Shown here: positions 27,572 to 37,322 of the stretch, in pieces
Position numbering within the stretch: position 1 is the first letter of the stretch
How the letters are laid out: each line of letters opens with the position of its first letter
Virus record (IMG/VR): IMGVR_UViG_3300032898_000005
Span: 1 to 59,312 of that record
DNA: 59,312 bases
Source of the DNA: a virus
Lineage: Duplodnaviria; Caudoviricetes
Reading direction: 5' to 3' (one strand)
Notes under the pieces: generated by a model
What the model saw: only the letters and a program-made list of their open reading frames with translations
Database searches by the model: none
Told to the model about the DNA's origin: nothing
Made by a program: the position numbers and the translations under genes

Positions 27572-29134
27572 CTACCGGAGGAGCGCCGCGAGTAGCGCTG
27601 GGTCGATCGGCTCGCGGCAGTGCGGGCAGCTCGGCCGGTCCTTCATCAGCAGACTCCCTCGGTTGCAGCGAGGGCACTCGTAGGGCGGGTTGTACAGCTG
27701 GGTCCAGTCGGCGTTCTGGGTCAGCTCGGTCATTCCCCAGACCAGGGCGTCGAGGCGGTCCGGCGACTCCCGGTCGAGCGGCGTCCACGAGCATAGCTGG
27801 TCCTCCAGGATCGGGAACGTGCCGACGTGGTGCGCCCGGCCCTGCTCGTAGATCGCGGAGATCGGCTCGGCTCGCACCGCCTTACCACGGCTGGCCGTCA
27901 CGGTCCGGTACGGCACGTTCTCGTCGATCGTCCGCAGCAGCTCCTCGATGAAGTCGCCGCCGTTGTTGGCCTCACCGATGATCCGGTCGGCCTCGTGCTC
28001 GTAGTACGCCTTCACCGCGCACCGCATCGCCGCGCCCGGGGTCATCCGGCCGGACAGGTCCTCCAGCAGGTACACCTGGCCGTCCGCGCCGAGCGCCACG
28101 ACCATGATGCCGAACTCGGCCGAGCTGTTCTTGCTCGTGGTCGACGGGTCCATCGCGACCACCACGCGCTGCAGCGGCGGCAGCACGGGCTTGCCGGTGC
28201 GGATGTCGATCGGGGGCCGCAGCCGCTGGTCGTCGAGCCAGGCCCGCCTCCACAGCGCGCCCTCGACGTCCGCGATAAGCTCGCCTTCAAGTTCCTGGCG
28301 GCCGATCCGGGTGCCGCCGTACCGCCGGTACAGCTCCTTCAGGGCGACCTCGGACAGGTTGGCCTGGTTCTCCAGCGTCGAGCCCTGCGTGATGTGCACC
28401 GACCCGTCCGTGCGCCCGGCCAGCTCGCGCAGGAGCGGCGTGCCGCGGGGGGTCGTCGTGACCAGCATCCGGGGCTTCTCACCGATGCGGAGGGCGGGCA
28501 TCAGGCCCTCGTGCCAGGTCGCCTCATAGCGCCACGACGCAAGCTCGTCGGCCCAGCCGCCCCACAGGTTCGAGCCTCGAACTCGGTCGGGCCTGTCCGC
28601 ACTGAACCCGTAGATCACCGAGCCGTTGACCAGCTCGATCTCCAGGTCGTTCCGCCGGTAGTTCGACAGCTCTTCCTTGCGGATCGCGCGGAGCAGGCCC
28701 GAGCTGCCCTCGATGCACACCCGCCTGGTGTCGCTGAACGTCGGGGCGATCACGCACCAGGCCGAGTTCGGGTACTTGAGCGCCTGCTCCGACAGCCAGC
28801 TCGCGCCCACCCACGTCTTGCCGAAGCCGCGTCCCGACATCAGCAGCCAGGTGGACCAGTCGAGGTCGGGCTGGAACCCGTCCCTGTGGCACTGGCACGC
28901 GGCCATGTGGAACTGCTCGCCGTTCTTGCCGACAATCGTCTGCGCGAACCCGTGGCGAGGGTCGTCCGGCGGCAGCTGCTTGTACCTGGCGTGCTTGCGC
29001 CAGTCGCGCATGCGCTGCCGCGCCCTGGCCGCAGCCAGCTCGCGCCTAAGCTTCTTCTTCTTTCCTACCGGCCACGACTCCCACCCTGCCGGCAGGCCGT
29101 ACTGATCGAGCTTAGCTGCAGCGGCCGTGGCCAC
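27572..29134 (-). CDS. terL: Terminase large subunit
   Basis: Walker A SGRGFGKT, Walker B WADE, coupling motif VTTTP, nuclease VAMDP...SPDRLDA. Confidence 0.95.
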   Translation of the reverse strand: MATAAAAKLDQYGLPAGWESWPVGKKKKLRRELAAARARQRMRDWRKHARYKQLPPDDPRHGFAQTIVGKNGEQFHMAACQCHRDGFQPDLDWSTWLLMSGRGFGKTWVGASWLSEQALKYPNSAWCVIAPTFSDTRRVCIEGSSGLLRAIRKEELSNYRRNDLEIELVNGSVIYGFSADRPDRVRGSNLWGGWADELASWRYEATWHEGLMPALRIGEKPRMLVTTTPRGTPLLRELAGRTDGSVHITQGSTLENQANLSEVALKELYRRYGGTRIGRQELEGELIADVEGALWRRAWLDDQRLRPPIDIRTGKPVLPPLQRVVVAMDPSTTSKNSSAEFGIMVVALGADGQVYLLEDLSGRMTPGAAMRCAVKAYYEHEADRIIGEANNGGDFIEELLRTIDENVPYRTVTASRGKAVRAEPISAIYEQGRAHHVGTFPILEDQLCSWTPLDRESPDRLDALVWGMTELTQNADWTQLYNPPYECPRCNRGSLLMKDRPSCPHCREPIDPALLAALLR

Positions 29135-29271
29135 GTGCTACCTGTACACGACTTGGGTCGTGGTGGGCTGGACGTGCGTGCCCACGGTCATCGGCAGGAT
29201 CAGCGCGAACATCAGCACGCCCTGCCGGACCCCGATGCAGACCGCCTCCAGCCACGATACTTTCTCGCGGT

Positions 29272-29682
29272 TCACGACGGTACCTCCCCGAGCCTCTCGC
29301 CCTCGACCGCCTGCTCCTGCTCCCACGGTCGCCACGGGTTCCGGCCGCGAGGAGCGCGGATCTCGCCCACGCGGAAGTCGAACCCTGCGACGTAGAACGT
29401 GAACTCGGCCGTGATCACCTCGCCCAGCTGGTCGATCACCATCGCGTCACCGAGGTAGACCGGCTCGCCGTCTTCGGTGGCGAACATCCGCAACCGCGCC
29501 GTCACGGTGCCGTCCGCGGTAGCTCCGATCCGCACTTCCGCGTTGGTCACGGTCGGGATCAGCTCGCCCGTCACCGCGTCCTTCACCGCCACCGCCCATC
29601 CCGGCATCGGCCTGCTGTCGAGCCGCGACACCAGCGGTACCTCTATCCGCACCGTCCGCTTCTGAATCTCTGTCTCGCTCAT
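29272..29682 (-). CDS. Hypothetical protein (136 aa)
   Basis: TAGGAG RBS. Confidence 0.6.
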   Translation of the reverse strand: MSETEIQKRTVRIEVPLVSRLDSRPMPGWAVAVKDAVTGELIPTVTNAEVRIGATADGTVTARLRMFATEDGEPVYLGDAMVIDQLGEVITAEFTFYVAGFDFRVGEIRAPRGRNPWRPWEQEQAVEGERLGEVPS

Positions 29683-29943
29683 CTCGATCTCCTAACGCAA
29701 TCTGGGCCTGGTCGCCCGCAGGCACCACACAAGCTGCTTTCCTGTGCACACCTGGCACACGCCATTCGGGCTCGGGTTGCTGCCGCGTCTCGCGCACACG
29801 CACGGGAGCAGGACCAGGGCGTCAGTCGCGTGTGTCTTCTCCATCGTCGCCGTAGGGGTCATCGTCGGGTGCCTCCAGCCAGTACCGGCCGATCGCCTTC
29901 ATCCGCTCCCAGCAGGCGAGGACGACCCTTACCCACAGCCGGT

Positions 29944-29973
29944 ACCTTACCACGGGGGTTGTCACGCTGACAA
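29944..29973 (-). promoter_or_regulatory. Promoter / operator with perfectly inverted arms
   Basis: TTGTC-ACGCT-GACAA at 29959-29973; TTGTCA-N18-TAAGGT leftward. Confidence 0.6.
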
Positions 29974-30189
29974 TGGAGGCTGGTAGTTGAACTGACGCTG
30001 ACCGGCCCGGTTCAAACGTCCCGAGTCGACGTACACCAACTCAGTAAGCGTGCCGAACGGTGCTTGGCCGGGCCGGCCTGGCGACCTGGTGCCGCGCCTC
30101 CACTCGGTGCACGCCTTGAGCACGGTTATCGTGCTTCCGTCGTCGGCCCCGCCGACCAGCTCCACCACGTCCTGCCCCGGATTGTCCAC
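29962..30189 (-). CDS. Hypothetical protein (about 75 aa)
   Basis: GTG overlaps the terS stop; ELVGGADDG motif. Confidence 0.5.
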   Translation of the reverse strand: MDNPGQDVVELVGGADDGSTITVLKACTEWRRGTRSPGRPGQAPFGTLTELVYVDSGRLNRAGQRQFNYQPPLSA

Positions 30190-30791
30190 TACTTGCTCGC
30201 CTTCATCGACTCGGGGTGCGCCTCCAGCACCACCGCGTTGCCCGTCTCGGTCATCTCCTGAACGAGCTGCCTGATCTCCTCGTCCACCGACTCGTCTTCC
30301 TTGTCCGCCTTCTCCGGCATCGCGTCGAGGCCGTTGAGCTTGGCTCGCCTGGTGTACACCGCGAGCAGGACGTTGACCACCCGCAGGATCGGGTCGTGGT
30401 CCACGATCTCCTCCAGCTTCGGCACCATCTTGCCGTCGCTGTCGAACATCACCTGGCCCGAGTCGTCCGTCATCCACCCCACGAACCTGGTAACCACCCG
30501 GCCCTGCTGGATCACGATGTGCTCGGCCACCAGCACCTTGAGCAGGTCCTGCTCTCGCTCGTCCAGCTTCAGGTTCTCGATCGCCCTGAGACTGTCCACG
30601 TGGGGTGACGGGTACTTGTCGAGGTAGTCCTGCACCGCCCCGAACGCGGCACCCGGGCCGCTGTACCCCACCTCGTCCGCGATCTGCTGCCAGGTCTTCC
30701 CGCGGACCCGCAAGCTTACCGCTTTCTCTCTCTTTTCTTTTGCCGTCACGCGTCGGCTTACCGACTCCGGGTCGTACCTCACGGGTAGCAC
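30189..30791 (-). CDS. terS: Terminase small subunit
   Basis: N-terminal HTH (LRVRGKTWQQIADEVGY) and RRAKLNGLDA motif; upstream of terL. Confidence 0.8.
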   Translation of the reverse strand: MLPVRYDPESVSRRVTAKEKREKAVSLRVRGKTWQQIADEVGYSGPGAAFGAVQDYLDKYPSPHVDSLRAIENLKLDEREQDLLKVLVAEHIVIQQGRVVTRFVGWMTDDSGQVMFDSDGKMVPKLEEIVDHDPILRVVNVLLAVYTRRAKLNGLDAMPEKADKEDESVDEEIRQLVQEMTETGNAVVLEAHPESMKASK

Positions 30792-31267
30792 CCCGGCTCG
30801 GGCGTCAGCGCGCCGTCCGCTCCGTACTGCCTTACCACGGTCTCCGTCCTAGGTTCCTGCGGTATCTCCATCGCCCTCCTGCCCGGTGCACTCGCCGTCG
30901 CAGCCGCACTCCCGCTTGTCCGCGTCGTCTGTGAGCAGTCTACACCCGCACTCCCCCGAGCACATCCACGGCCAGCCTAGCCCAAGCTCCTCCATCAGCT
31001 CGGCCATTCGCTGCATGAACCCGCTGCCGTGCGGCCGGCCCGGCGTGCACCCCAGGTACTCGAACTCTTGCCTGGTTATCCGGCCCAGCAGCTCCGCGCA
31101 GTACCTCCCGCACTCGTCCGTGGTCATCGCGGCCATGTTCCTGTCCCAGCCCACGTTCGCCACCCCGCCGCACCGCTCGCACCGGAACGACCAGTTGAAG
31201 TCAATTACGGGCAGGAGCCGGAGCGCGTGAGCTCCGCACCCCGGCTCGAACCCCGTTGCGTGTACTC

Positions 31268-31567
31268 TCAATCGATCCTGATCCTCGTCACGTCGACGTG
31301 CTCCGGCCGCGTGCACTCTCCCTTGCGGTTGAAGCACTTGGAGGTCTTGGTCTGGACTGAGAACCTCTTCCGGCCGTCCCTCACCACGTCCGTGGTGATA
31401 TTGACCACCCGGTAGTCGTGGGTGTGCTTGACCGTGTTCTCGGGCGGGCCGGCCTTCTCGCTCCGCCGCTCCCCTGCGCCCTTCTTGCCCTGCGTGCAGC
31501 TCCCAGGTCCCCTGCCGCCGATGCACGGCTGCATCTGGCACTGGTCGCAGTAACCTCTCCTGCCCAC
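31268..31567 (-). CDS. Cys/His-rich hypothetical protein
   Basis: GAGGAGG RBS before GTG. Confidence 0.5.
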   Translation of the reverse strand: MGRRGYCDQCQMQPCIGGRGPGSCTQGKKGAGERRSEKAGPPENTVKHTHDYRVVNITTDVVRDGRKRFSVQTKTSKCFNRKGECTRPEHVDVTRIRID

Positions 31568-31600
31568 TCAGACCTCCTCGGTACGGTTAACCACAACTTC

Positions 31601-31677
31601 AGTAAGCCACGCCGTGTGTCTTCGTGTCAAACCATTCACGGCCGGGCCGCTTACCACGTGGGTAGCGGCCCGGCCGT
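31601..31677 (-). terminator. Terminator hairpin (31638-31677) followed by promoter/operator (31630-31601)
   Basis: 14-bp stem ACGGCCGGGCCGCT / AGCGGCCCGGCCGT; TTGACA-N18-CTTACT. Confidence 0.65.
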
Positions 31678-31688
31678 CCCGGTCCTGC

Positions 31689-32519
31689 CTAGCTGCAGGC
31701 GTTGACCCCGGTGATGTCGCCGGTCTGGCCGGACGCGGCGTCCGCCCACTGCTCGCAGGTGTTCGGCGCGCTGTACGTCCAGGACCAGTTCGTCAGGTTC
31801 GGCGTGCTGATCACCGTGCCGCTGGCGAAGAACAGGCTCACCCAGTCGGTCGTGCTCGGGGTGTCGCCCGTCACCGTGCCGGGCACCGCCGCCGTGGGGC
31901 TGCCCGAGCTGGCGTAGAACTCCACGTCGCTGCCGCCGGTGAACGTTCCGTCGACCACTCCGCTGATCGGCGTGCCCTTGCTCGGGGAGTCCGCCCCGCT
32001 GACCGTCTGGAACGTGCCCGAGTCCGCGATCGTGCCCGTGTAGAACCAGCAGGCTGCCGCGCCGCTGCCGCAGTCGGCGGCCGGGGCCGCGCCGTGCCGC
32101 GTTACCGACACCGTTCGCGTGTACGCGTCCTTGGCCCAGTTCCCGTTGTCGCCGCTGTCGTCGCGGTCCGACACCGCAGTCGTCGCGGTCGCTGCCACCG
32201 GCTCGTACGAGGCCCCGGCGGGACCCTGCGGCCCGGTCGCGCCCTTGGGTCCCTGCGGCCCGGTCGCCCCGGTCGCGCCCTTTGCCCCGGTCGCGCCGGT
32301 AGCGCCCTTCGGCCCCACCGCGCCAGTGAACGTCTTGTACTTGGCCGGGCAGGTGTTGTGCACCGCCAGCACGCTGCCGCCCGCGTTGTAGCACAGCTTG
32401 TTCGGCGCAGGAGTGGCCGCCGTCGACGTCGCCGCCACCGCCACCCCTCCGGCCAGGGTCAGCGCGGCGACCGCCGCGATGACCAGCGCGGAGACCCGCG
32501 CCCTCGTCGTCTTGAACAC
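31689..32519 (-). CDS. Secreted protein with collagen-like Gly-X-Y repeat
   Basis: Sec signal peptide [29 protein letters not shown]; [34 protein letters not shown]. Confidence 0.85.
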   Translation of the reverse strand: MFKTTRARVSALVIAAVAALTLAGGVAVAATSTAATPAPNKLCYNAGGSVLAVHNTCPAKYKTFTGAVGPKGATGATGAKGATGATGPQGPKGATGPQGPAGASYEPVAATATTAVSDRDDSGDNGNWAKDAYTRTVSVTRHGAAPAADCGSGAAACWFYTGTIADSGTFQTVSGADSPSKGTPISGVVDGTFTGGSDVEFYASSGSPTAAVPGTVTGDTPSTTDWVSLFFASGTVISTPNLTNWSWTYSAPNTCEQWADAASGQTGDITGVNACS

Positions 32520-32568
32520 TGTTTCTCCTTGGTTGTTGTTAACCGACCTGGCTCGCCGCCAGGAAGTC

Positions 32569-33132
32569 CTACTGCTGGACCGGCTGCGGACCGGTGGGCG
32601 GCGGCTCGGCCGGCTGGGCCATCGTCGGCCGCAGGTCGCTCACCGGGACCGGCGGCAGCTCGGCCTGGCCCGGCCTCAGCAGGCTGGCCAGGGTCTCCGA
32701 ACTCGGCTTTAGCTTGGCGAACTCCTCGCCCGGGAGCACCAGGACGTGCACGTCGATCAGGCCGTGCCACCCCAGCAGCTCGTTGATCGACCGCTGGTAG
32801 TTCGAGATCTGGTCCGAGTTCAGCCACGGCGGCACCCGCACCGCCAGCACCTCGCCCGGCCTCACCACCATCACCGCCGCCTCCAGCGCGGCCAGGATCT
32901 GGTCCATCGTCGGGCCGAGCCTGGGCGGGTCGGCCTGCACGCGCTCGGCCGGGCTGACCTCCTTCGGCTGCCGGTCCTTGCGCTGCTGCTCCAGCATCAG
33001 CTCGAACCGCGCCCACTGCTCCGGCGTCATCGTGTCCGCGAACTCGCGCTCGGCCTCGGTCAGCTCGTCCGGCACCGGGTGCATCGCCGCGTCAGCCAGC
33101 TCCCTGGCCGGCCGGTCGTCGTTCTCGCTCAT
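32569..33132 (-). CDS. Hypothetical protein (187 aa)
   Basis: AAGGAG RBS. Confidence 0.65.
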   Translation of the reverse strand: MSENDDRPARELADAAMHPVPDELTEAEREFADTMTPEQWARFELMLEQQRKDRQPKEVSPAERVQADPPRLGPTMDQILAALEAAVMVVRPGEVLAVRVPPWLNSDQISNYQRSINELLGWHGLIDVHVLVLPGEEFAKLKPSSETLASLLRPGQAELPPVPVSDLRPTMAQPAEPPPTGPQPVQQ

Positions 33133-33144
33133 CTTTCAAGCTCC

Positions 33145-33573
33145 TTATCTCGGCTGTAGCCCGCCGGGCATGAACCCGGCCGGGGTCGCGGCCACCAGGC
33201 CGCTTTGCCTTGCGTTCGGCTGGTTGTTCGAGAAGCACAGCATGCACAGCGTGTTGCCGTTTACGAACATGTCCGCTGGCCGGATCGCGGGCACGAACGG
33301 CGGCACCTGGTCACCGAGCTGGTCCAGCATCCCCGGGTTCCGGCTCACCATCTCGCCCAGCGCGATCGCCTGCTCCATCAGCTGGCCGAACTCCTCGGAC
33401 GCCGGGTCCTTTCCCGCCGCCTTGAGCTGCCCCGCGATCTCGATCACGGCCTTCCTGTGGTTGTCCGCGCACATCACGCACGCGGGCCGCCACGGCTGCA
33501 GCATCGCCAGCGGGTTGAAGCCTGGGCCGAGGTCGTCCTCGGGCTCGCCGTCCGCGTCCTTCGGCGGCGTCAC
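33145..33573 (-). CDS. Hypothetical protein with split CxxC...CxxC
   Basis: GTG at 33573 overlaps the upstream TGA; CVMC and CMLC. Confidence 0.55.
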   Translation of the reverse strand: MTPPKDADGEPEDDLGPGFNPLAMLQPWRPACVMCADNHRKAVIEIAGQLKAAGKDPASEEFGQLMEQAIALGEMVSRNPGMLDQLGDQVPPFVPAIRPADMFVNGNTLCMLCFSNNQPNARQSGLVAATPAGFMPGGLQPR

Positions 33574-33719
33574 CTGGTCGCCCACGCGAACACCCTCACG
33601 AACCCGACCACGGCCACGCACGCCATCGCGATCACGGACGCCTGCGGCCCGTTGGCCGCGGCCACGATCAGCCCGGCCGCCGCCGCTGACGTCACGAGGT
33701 CCCGCACCCGCAGCACCAT
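33570..33719 (-). CDS. Small two-TM membrane protein (49 aa)
   Basis: GAGGAGG RBS; MVLRVRDLVTSAAAAGLIVAA...; missing from the ORF track. Confidence 0.55.
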   Translation of the reverse strand: MVLRVRDLVTSAAAAGLIVAAANGPQASVIAMACVAVVGFVRVFAWATR

Positions 33720-33760
33720 CGCCGTACCTCCTCTGCTTACCTCGACTAGCCTTGCCCATC

Positions 33761-33790
33761 AGTGAACCACGTTCCTTGTCACGGTGTCAA
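33761..33790 (-). promoter_or_regulatory. Promoter / operator
   Basis: TTGACA-N18-TTCACT; TTGTC-ACGGT-GTCAA at 33776-33790. Confidence 0.65.
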
Positions 33791-33794
33791 TTGG

Positions 33795-34430
33795 TTACGA
33801 GCCGCTCGACCCGAACCCGGCCTGGCCCCGCTCGCCCTCGGGCAGGTCCAGGCCCTTGGGCAGCGTGACCACCTCGACCTGCTCCATCAGGTTGGGCAGC
33901 ACGATCAGCTGGCCCATCCGCGTGCCTGCGGGCAGGTGCAGCCGCTCGGCGTAGTCCTCGCTGGTGACCGGACGGAACAGCATCACGAACAGCTCGCCGC
34001 GCCACGTCTCGTCGATGATGCCGGGCATCACGATCACTTGGTGCTTGGCCCACGTCGACGACCGTCCCGTGATCCAGCCGAAGGTGTTGGGGGGCAGCGC
34101 GACCGCCACCCCCGTGGCAGCGTTCACGGTGTCGCCCAGGTCCATCACCACGTCCTCGGTCAGGGCCAGGTCGAGCCCGCAGTCGTGGGGGTAACTGGGC
34201 GGGCTGAACGCGGGGAACGGCTGGTCGTCCAGCCGCTTGGCCAGCAGCTTGTCCGTCCGCGACGTCCGCACCGCGTTGGCCAGGTTCTCCTGCATCGACC
34301 TGAGGCCGATCCGCCTGGGCAGCGGCGGGGCCTCCAGCGGCCCGTCTGGCACCGAGCTGCCCGGCTGGAAGGCCGCAACCAGATCGGCCAGCCGCTTCTG
34401 CTGCTCTGGGGTCGGGTTCTCCAGGCTCAT
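33795..34430 (-). CDS. dut: Trimeric dUTPase-family pyrophosphatase (divergent)
   Basis: Five motifs: CGLDL, GRSS, GIIDETWRG, RMGQ, RGQAGFGSSG. Confidence 0.85.
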   Translation of the reverse strand: MSLENPTPEQQKRLADLVAAFQPGSSVPDGPLEAPPLPRRIGLRSMQENLANAVRTSRTDKLLAKRLDDQPFPAFSPPSYPHDCGLDLALTEDVVMDLGDTVNAATGVAVALPPNTFGWITGRSSTWAKHQVIVMPGIIDETWRGELFVMLFRPVTSEDYAERLHLPAGTRMGQLIVLPNLMEQVEVVTLPKGLDLPEGERGQAGFGSSGS

Positions 34431-34945
34431 GCGAGCTTGCCTCCGTTCGCGCGGACGTAGCGCGCCATCCGCGCGTACGTCTCAAGGTCCTTCCAGGTGT
34501 CGTCCCCGGGCTGGTTGCCGTTCTCCCACGCGCTGAACAGCCGGGCGGCCTTGCCCAGGGCGTAGTGGGACAGGGCCAGCTCCTGGCCGACCACGGCCGG
34601 GTCGGCGGTGCCGCCCTTGGGCAGCATCCGGGCCTGGGCCGCGCCCATCACGGCCAGGTCGGACGAGCCGTACTCCGCCAGCTTGTCCAGCATGTCCTTG
34701 AGGTCCGCCTCGAACTGGGCGCGCATCCAGACCTCGATCGGGCTGGCCGAGGAGGCGGCGATGCCCCGGGCGACGTCCAGGGAGCTGATCGGGACGGCCT
34801 TGCCGTTGGCGTCGTGCGTGTACGAGGTGCGGTTGGAGAAGCGCACGCCGCAGACCTGGCACTGATCGCCGGGCTGTGGCTCCTCGCTGGTCCAGACGTG
34901 ACCGTTGGCGTCGGTGTACGTCTGCGGGTAACCGGGCTGAGTCAC
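34427..34945 (-). CDS. Putative all-alpha nucleotide pyrophosphatase-like (nucleotide-modification-associated) protein with N-terminal Zn ribbon
   Basis: KLAEYG...GKAARL...DDTWKDLETYARM resembles MazG-like/DUF1599-type helical domains; lies between purZ and dut. Confidence 0.5.
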   Translation of the reverse strand: MTQPGYPQTYTDANGHVWTSEEPQPGDQCQVCGVRFSNRTSYTHDANGKAVPISSLDVARGIAASSASPIEVWMRAQFEADLKDMLDKLAEYGSSDLAVMGAAQARMLPKGGTADPAVVGQELALSHYALGKAARLFSAWENGNQPGDDTWKDLETYARMARYVRANGGKLA

Positions 34946-34946
34946 G

Positions 34947-36149
34947 TCACATTCCCTTGCGTAGGTCGATCACGGAGTCGGGGCCGGTGCCGACCAGCTC
35001 GACCAGCGCGCCGATGTCGCGCGAGATCTTGGTGATCAGCGAGTAGTACCGGGCCGCGTCGGCGTCCTCGGTAAGGTTGCCGATGTCGGTCATGCCGCGC
35101 AGGGCCGGGATCACGTGGTCGGCCATGGTGAGGGCCGCCCGGACCGGGCCGGGTCCGCCGTTCGGGTGCATCCCGTTGGCCACCATCGCCGCGCGGGCCT
35201 GCGGCCCGTTCCAGAGGCCGACCCGGCGGATCTTGCGGGTCACGGTGGTAAGCTCGGGCTCCAGTCCCAGCTCCTCCCACGTCACCTCGTTGGTGAGGGG
35301 ACCGGAGTCGCCCGCCACCCGGATCGGGTAAGTGCGGAACACCACCCACACCTCCAGCTGCTCGGGCTCGACCACCCACGGCGACAGACCGGCCATGGAC
35401 AGGAAGTCGATCGCGGTGCAGTCTGAGGTGGTGCACTTCGGATAGTGTCCCGCGTGAGTGCCCAGCAGGTGCCCCTGGGTTCCCTCGATCAGCACGTCGC
35501 CGCCGTCGCGGGTCCACTGGGCCGCGATGTCCGCCACCGAGTGAGTGACGTGCACGTAGTTCTCCGCGCCGATGTCGAGGGAGTACCCGCTGGAGAGCTG
35601 GCCGATGATCCTGGCACCTCGCATGGCGCGGTCCGCGCGGGCCGCCCCGACGCCCTTGCCGGTCGAGCCGATCCGTCCCACGAGCTGCTCGGCCGCCTCC
35701 GCCTGGGCGTGGTGGGGCTCCAGTACGGTGGCCTGGTGGTCGACGATCAGCCGCTGGCTGACGTGGTACCCGGCGGCGTCTAGAAGGCGCAGCTCGCGGC
35801 TGAGGATGGCCAGGTCGACCTCGGACCCGGCCGCGATCGCGAGCGTCTCCGTCTGGTTCGAGACCGCCGCGACGGGCACCTGCTGCAGCCGCCACGGGTG
35901 AGCGTCAGAAGCGTGATGGCCAGGACTGAGCGGACTGCCCGCGTGGAACGCCATAAGAGCGGCGTCGCCCAGATTGGCGGCCGAGTCCTCGCAGTCGGGC
36001 GGGCACCGGCCGATGACGGTGTGCCCGGCGTTGGGTCCGGCCACCCGGATCGACAGGCCCCGGCGGTGCTCGCGGGCGAGGAACGCGGCGATCGCGCCCT
36101 TGCCCTCCGACCCGGCCTGCCCGCCGACTACCACTTGCAGTTGCGACAC
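34947..36149 (-). CDS. purZ: PurZ/PurZ0: N6-succino-2-amino-dAMP synthase (adenylosuccinate synthetase paralogue)
   Basis: GGQAGSEGKG (Ser in place of the PurA catalytic Asp), GPNAGHT, IGSTGKGVG, EGTQG, RTYPIRVAG, TTVTRKIRRVG, TMAD. Confidence 0.85.
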   Translation of the reverse strand: MSQLQVVVGGQAGSEGKGAIAAFLAREHRRGLSIRVAGPNAGHTVIGRCPPDCEDSAANLGDAALMAFHAGSPLSPGHHASDAHPWRLQQVPVAAVSNQTETLAIAAGSEVDLAILSRELRLLDAAGYHVSQRLIVDHQATVLEPHHAQAEAAEQLVGRIGSTGKGVGAARADRAMRGARIIGQLSSGYSLDIGAENYVHVTHSVADIAAQWTRDGGDVLIEGTQGHLLGTHAGHYPKCTTSDCTAIDFLSMAGLSPWVVEPEQLEVWVVFRTYPIRVAGDSGPLTNEVTWEELGLEPELTTVTRKIRRVGLWNGPQARAAMVANGMHPNGGPGPVRAALTMADHVIPALRGMTDIGNLTEDADAARYYSLITKISRDIGALVELVGTGPDSVIDLRKGM

Positions 36150-36150
36150 G

Positions 36151-36315
36151 CTAGTACCTCCAGGTTGAGATGACCCTACCGGCCTGCTGACGGCGGACCC
36201 GGTAGACCGGGTACCACAACCCGCAGGTGGACAGCATCATCAGGCAATGAAACGCGAACTCCGGCCCGGACATGCCGGACCGGACCTTGGTCACCCGTAC
36301 CAGGCGTTCGTGCAC
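36151..36315 (-). CDS. Small membrane protein (54 aa)
   Basis: GAGGAG RBS; FHCLMMLSTCGLWYPVY; missing from the ORF track. Confidence 0.5.
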   Translation of the reverse strand: MHERLVRVTKVRSGMSGPEFAFHCLMMLSTCGLWYPVYRVRRQQAGRVISTWRY

Positions 36316-36359
36316 GGTCGTCTCTCCTCATGTCGGCCCCGGGACGGGGCAGGAATCCC

Positions 36360-36388
36360 AGAATACCGCGTGCTTGTCACCGTGTCAA
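36360..36388 (-). promoter_or_regulatory. Promoter / operator of the purZ operon
   Basis: TTGACA-N17-TATTCT; TTGTC-ACCGT-GTCAA at 36374-36388. Confidence 0.75.
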
Positions 36389-36934
36389 CGGGCTGGACTT
36401 ATTCCTGGCACTCCAAACTATCCCGTGCGAGCAGGCGTCCCGGCGGTGCGGCATCCCGGGCAGGTCGAAGTCGGGGCCACGGTACTTGAACCTGCCGGAG
36501 CCGAGGGCGCGGTCCTTCATGCGGAACCCGGCGTCCAGGGCGATCGCGCGGCCCGCCTTCAGGTTGCCCTTGGCGTCCTGCAGGGTGACCGGCACGTCGT
36601 TGCGCTTGGCGATGTAGCGGACCACCCCCACGCACTGAGAGGTCAGCAGCTCGGAGTAGCCCTGCTCGCGCGCCAGCCACGGGTACAGTGAGTAGCGTTC
36701 GAGGACGACGTGGTGGAGCAGGCGGATATCGCGCTCCAGGGCGGAGTGCAGGTCGTCCGGGCGAAGGGTAAGGGCCTCGACCAGCCGTATCCGGCCCTTC
36801 TTCGACTGGTCGAGGTACTCGCCCTTCCCCGGCTCGGTAGACCCGGGCCACAGCTCGAACCGGGCGAGCCCGCACCACGACTCGCCCGGGTCCACCGCGT
36901 CGACCTTGTAGACGCGGCCCTTGGCCAGGCTCAT
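36377..36934 (-). CDS. RuvC-like Holliday junction resolvase
   Basis: AVDPG...VVLERY...HRRDA acidic pattern; GGAGG-like RBS, ATG overlapping the upstream stop. Confidence 0.65.
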   Translation of the reverse strand: MSLAKGRVYKVDAVDPGESWCGLARFELWPGSTEPGKGEYLDQSKKGRIRLVEALTLRPDDLHSALERDIRLLHHVVLERYSLYPWLAREQGYSELLTSQCVGVVRYIAKRNDVPVTLQDAKGNLKAGRAIALDAGFRMKDRALGSGRFKYRGPDFDLPGMPHRRDACSHGIVWSARNKSSPLTR

Positions 36935-37109
36935 ATCGTGTACCACCACCGACGCCAGGCCCGGGTGCGCTTGCGGCGGACCCGGCCGCCGCCGGGCACC
37001 CACTCGCGCAGGCACAGCAGGCAGATGTACCGGCCGTCCGCCGCGCCACGGCGCGCGAGCTGGTGCTTGTGCGGCCACAGCAGCCGCCACCGGGACATGC
37101 GGCCGGTGC

Positions 37110-37322
37110 TCACAGCGGCACCGTCGGGTCGGAGTCGGTCAGCATGACGATGCTGATCGTGAACGAGTCGGCGGCCCGGCCCAGGTAGATCGTGTGCAGG
37201 TCGGTGCGGTCGAGGTGCTGGTTCAGGTGCTTATCGCCAGCGACTGACGCGCGCTCGGCTGTGGAGTATGCGCCGCCCGCCAGCTGACACTTGCACGACC
37301 ACATGTGGGTTGGCTCCATCAC
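37110..37322 (-). CDS. Small C/H zinc-binding protein
   Basis: WSCKC...HLNQH; coupled to the polymerase stop. Confidence 0.45.
   Translation of the reverse strand: MMEPTHMWSCKCQLAGGAYSTAERASVAGDKHLNQHLDRTDLHTIYLGRAADSFTISIVMLTDSDPTVPL

Noticed and set aside
34947-36149. Ordinary purA auxiliary metabolic gene
   Set aside because: The catalytic Asp of GDEGKG is Ser and the PurA Arg303 position is Lys, matching PurZ-type enzymes
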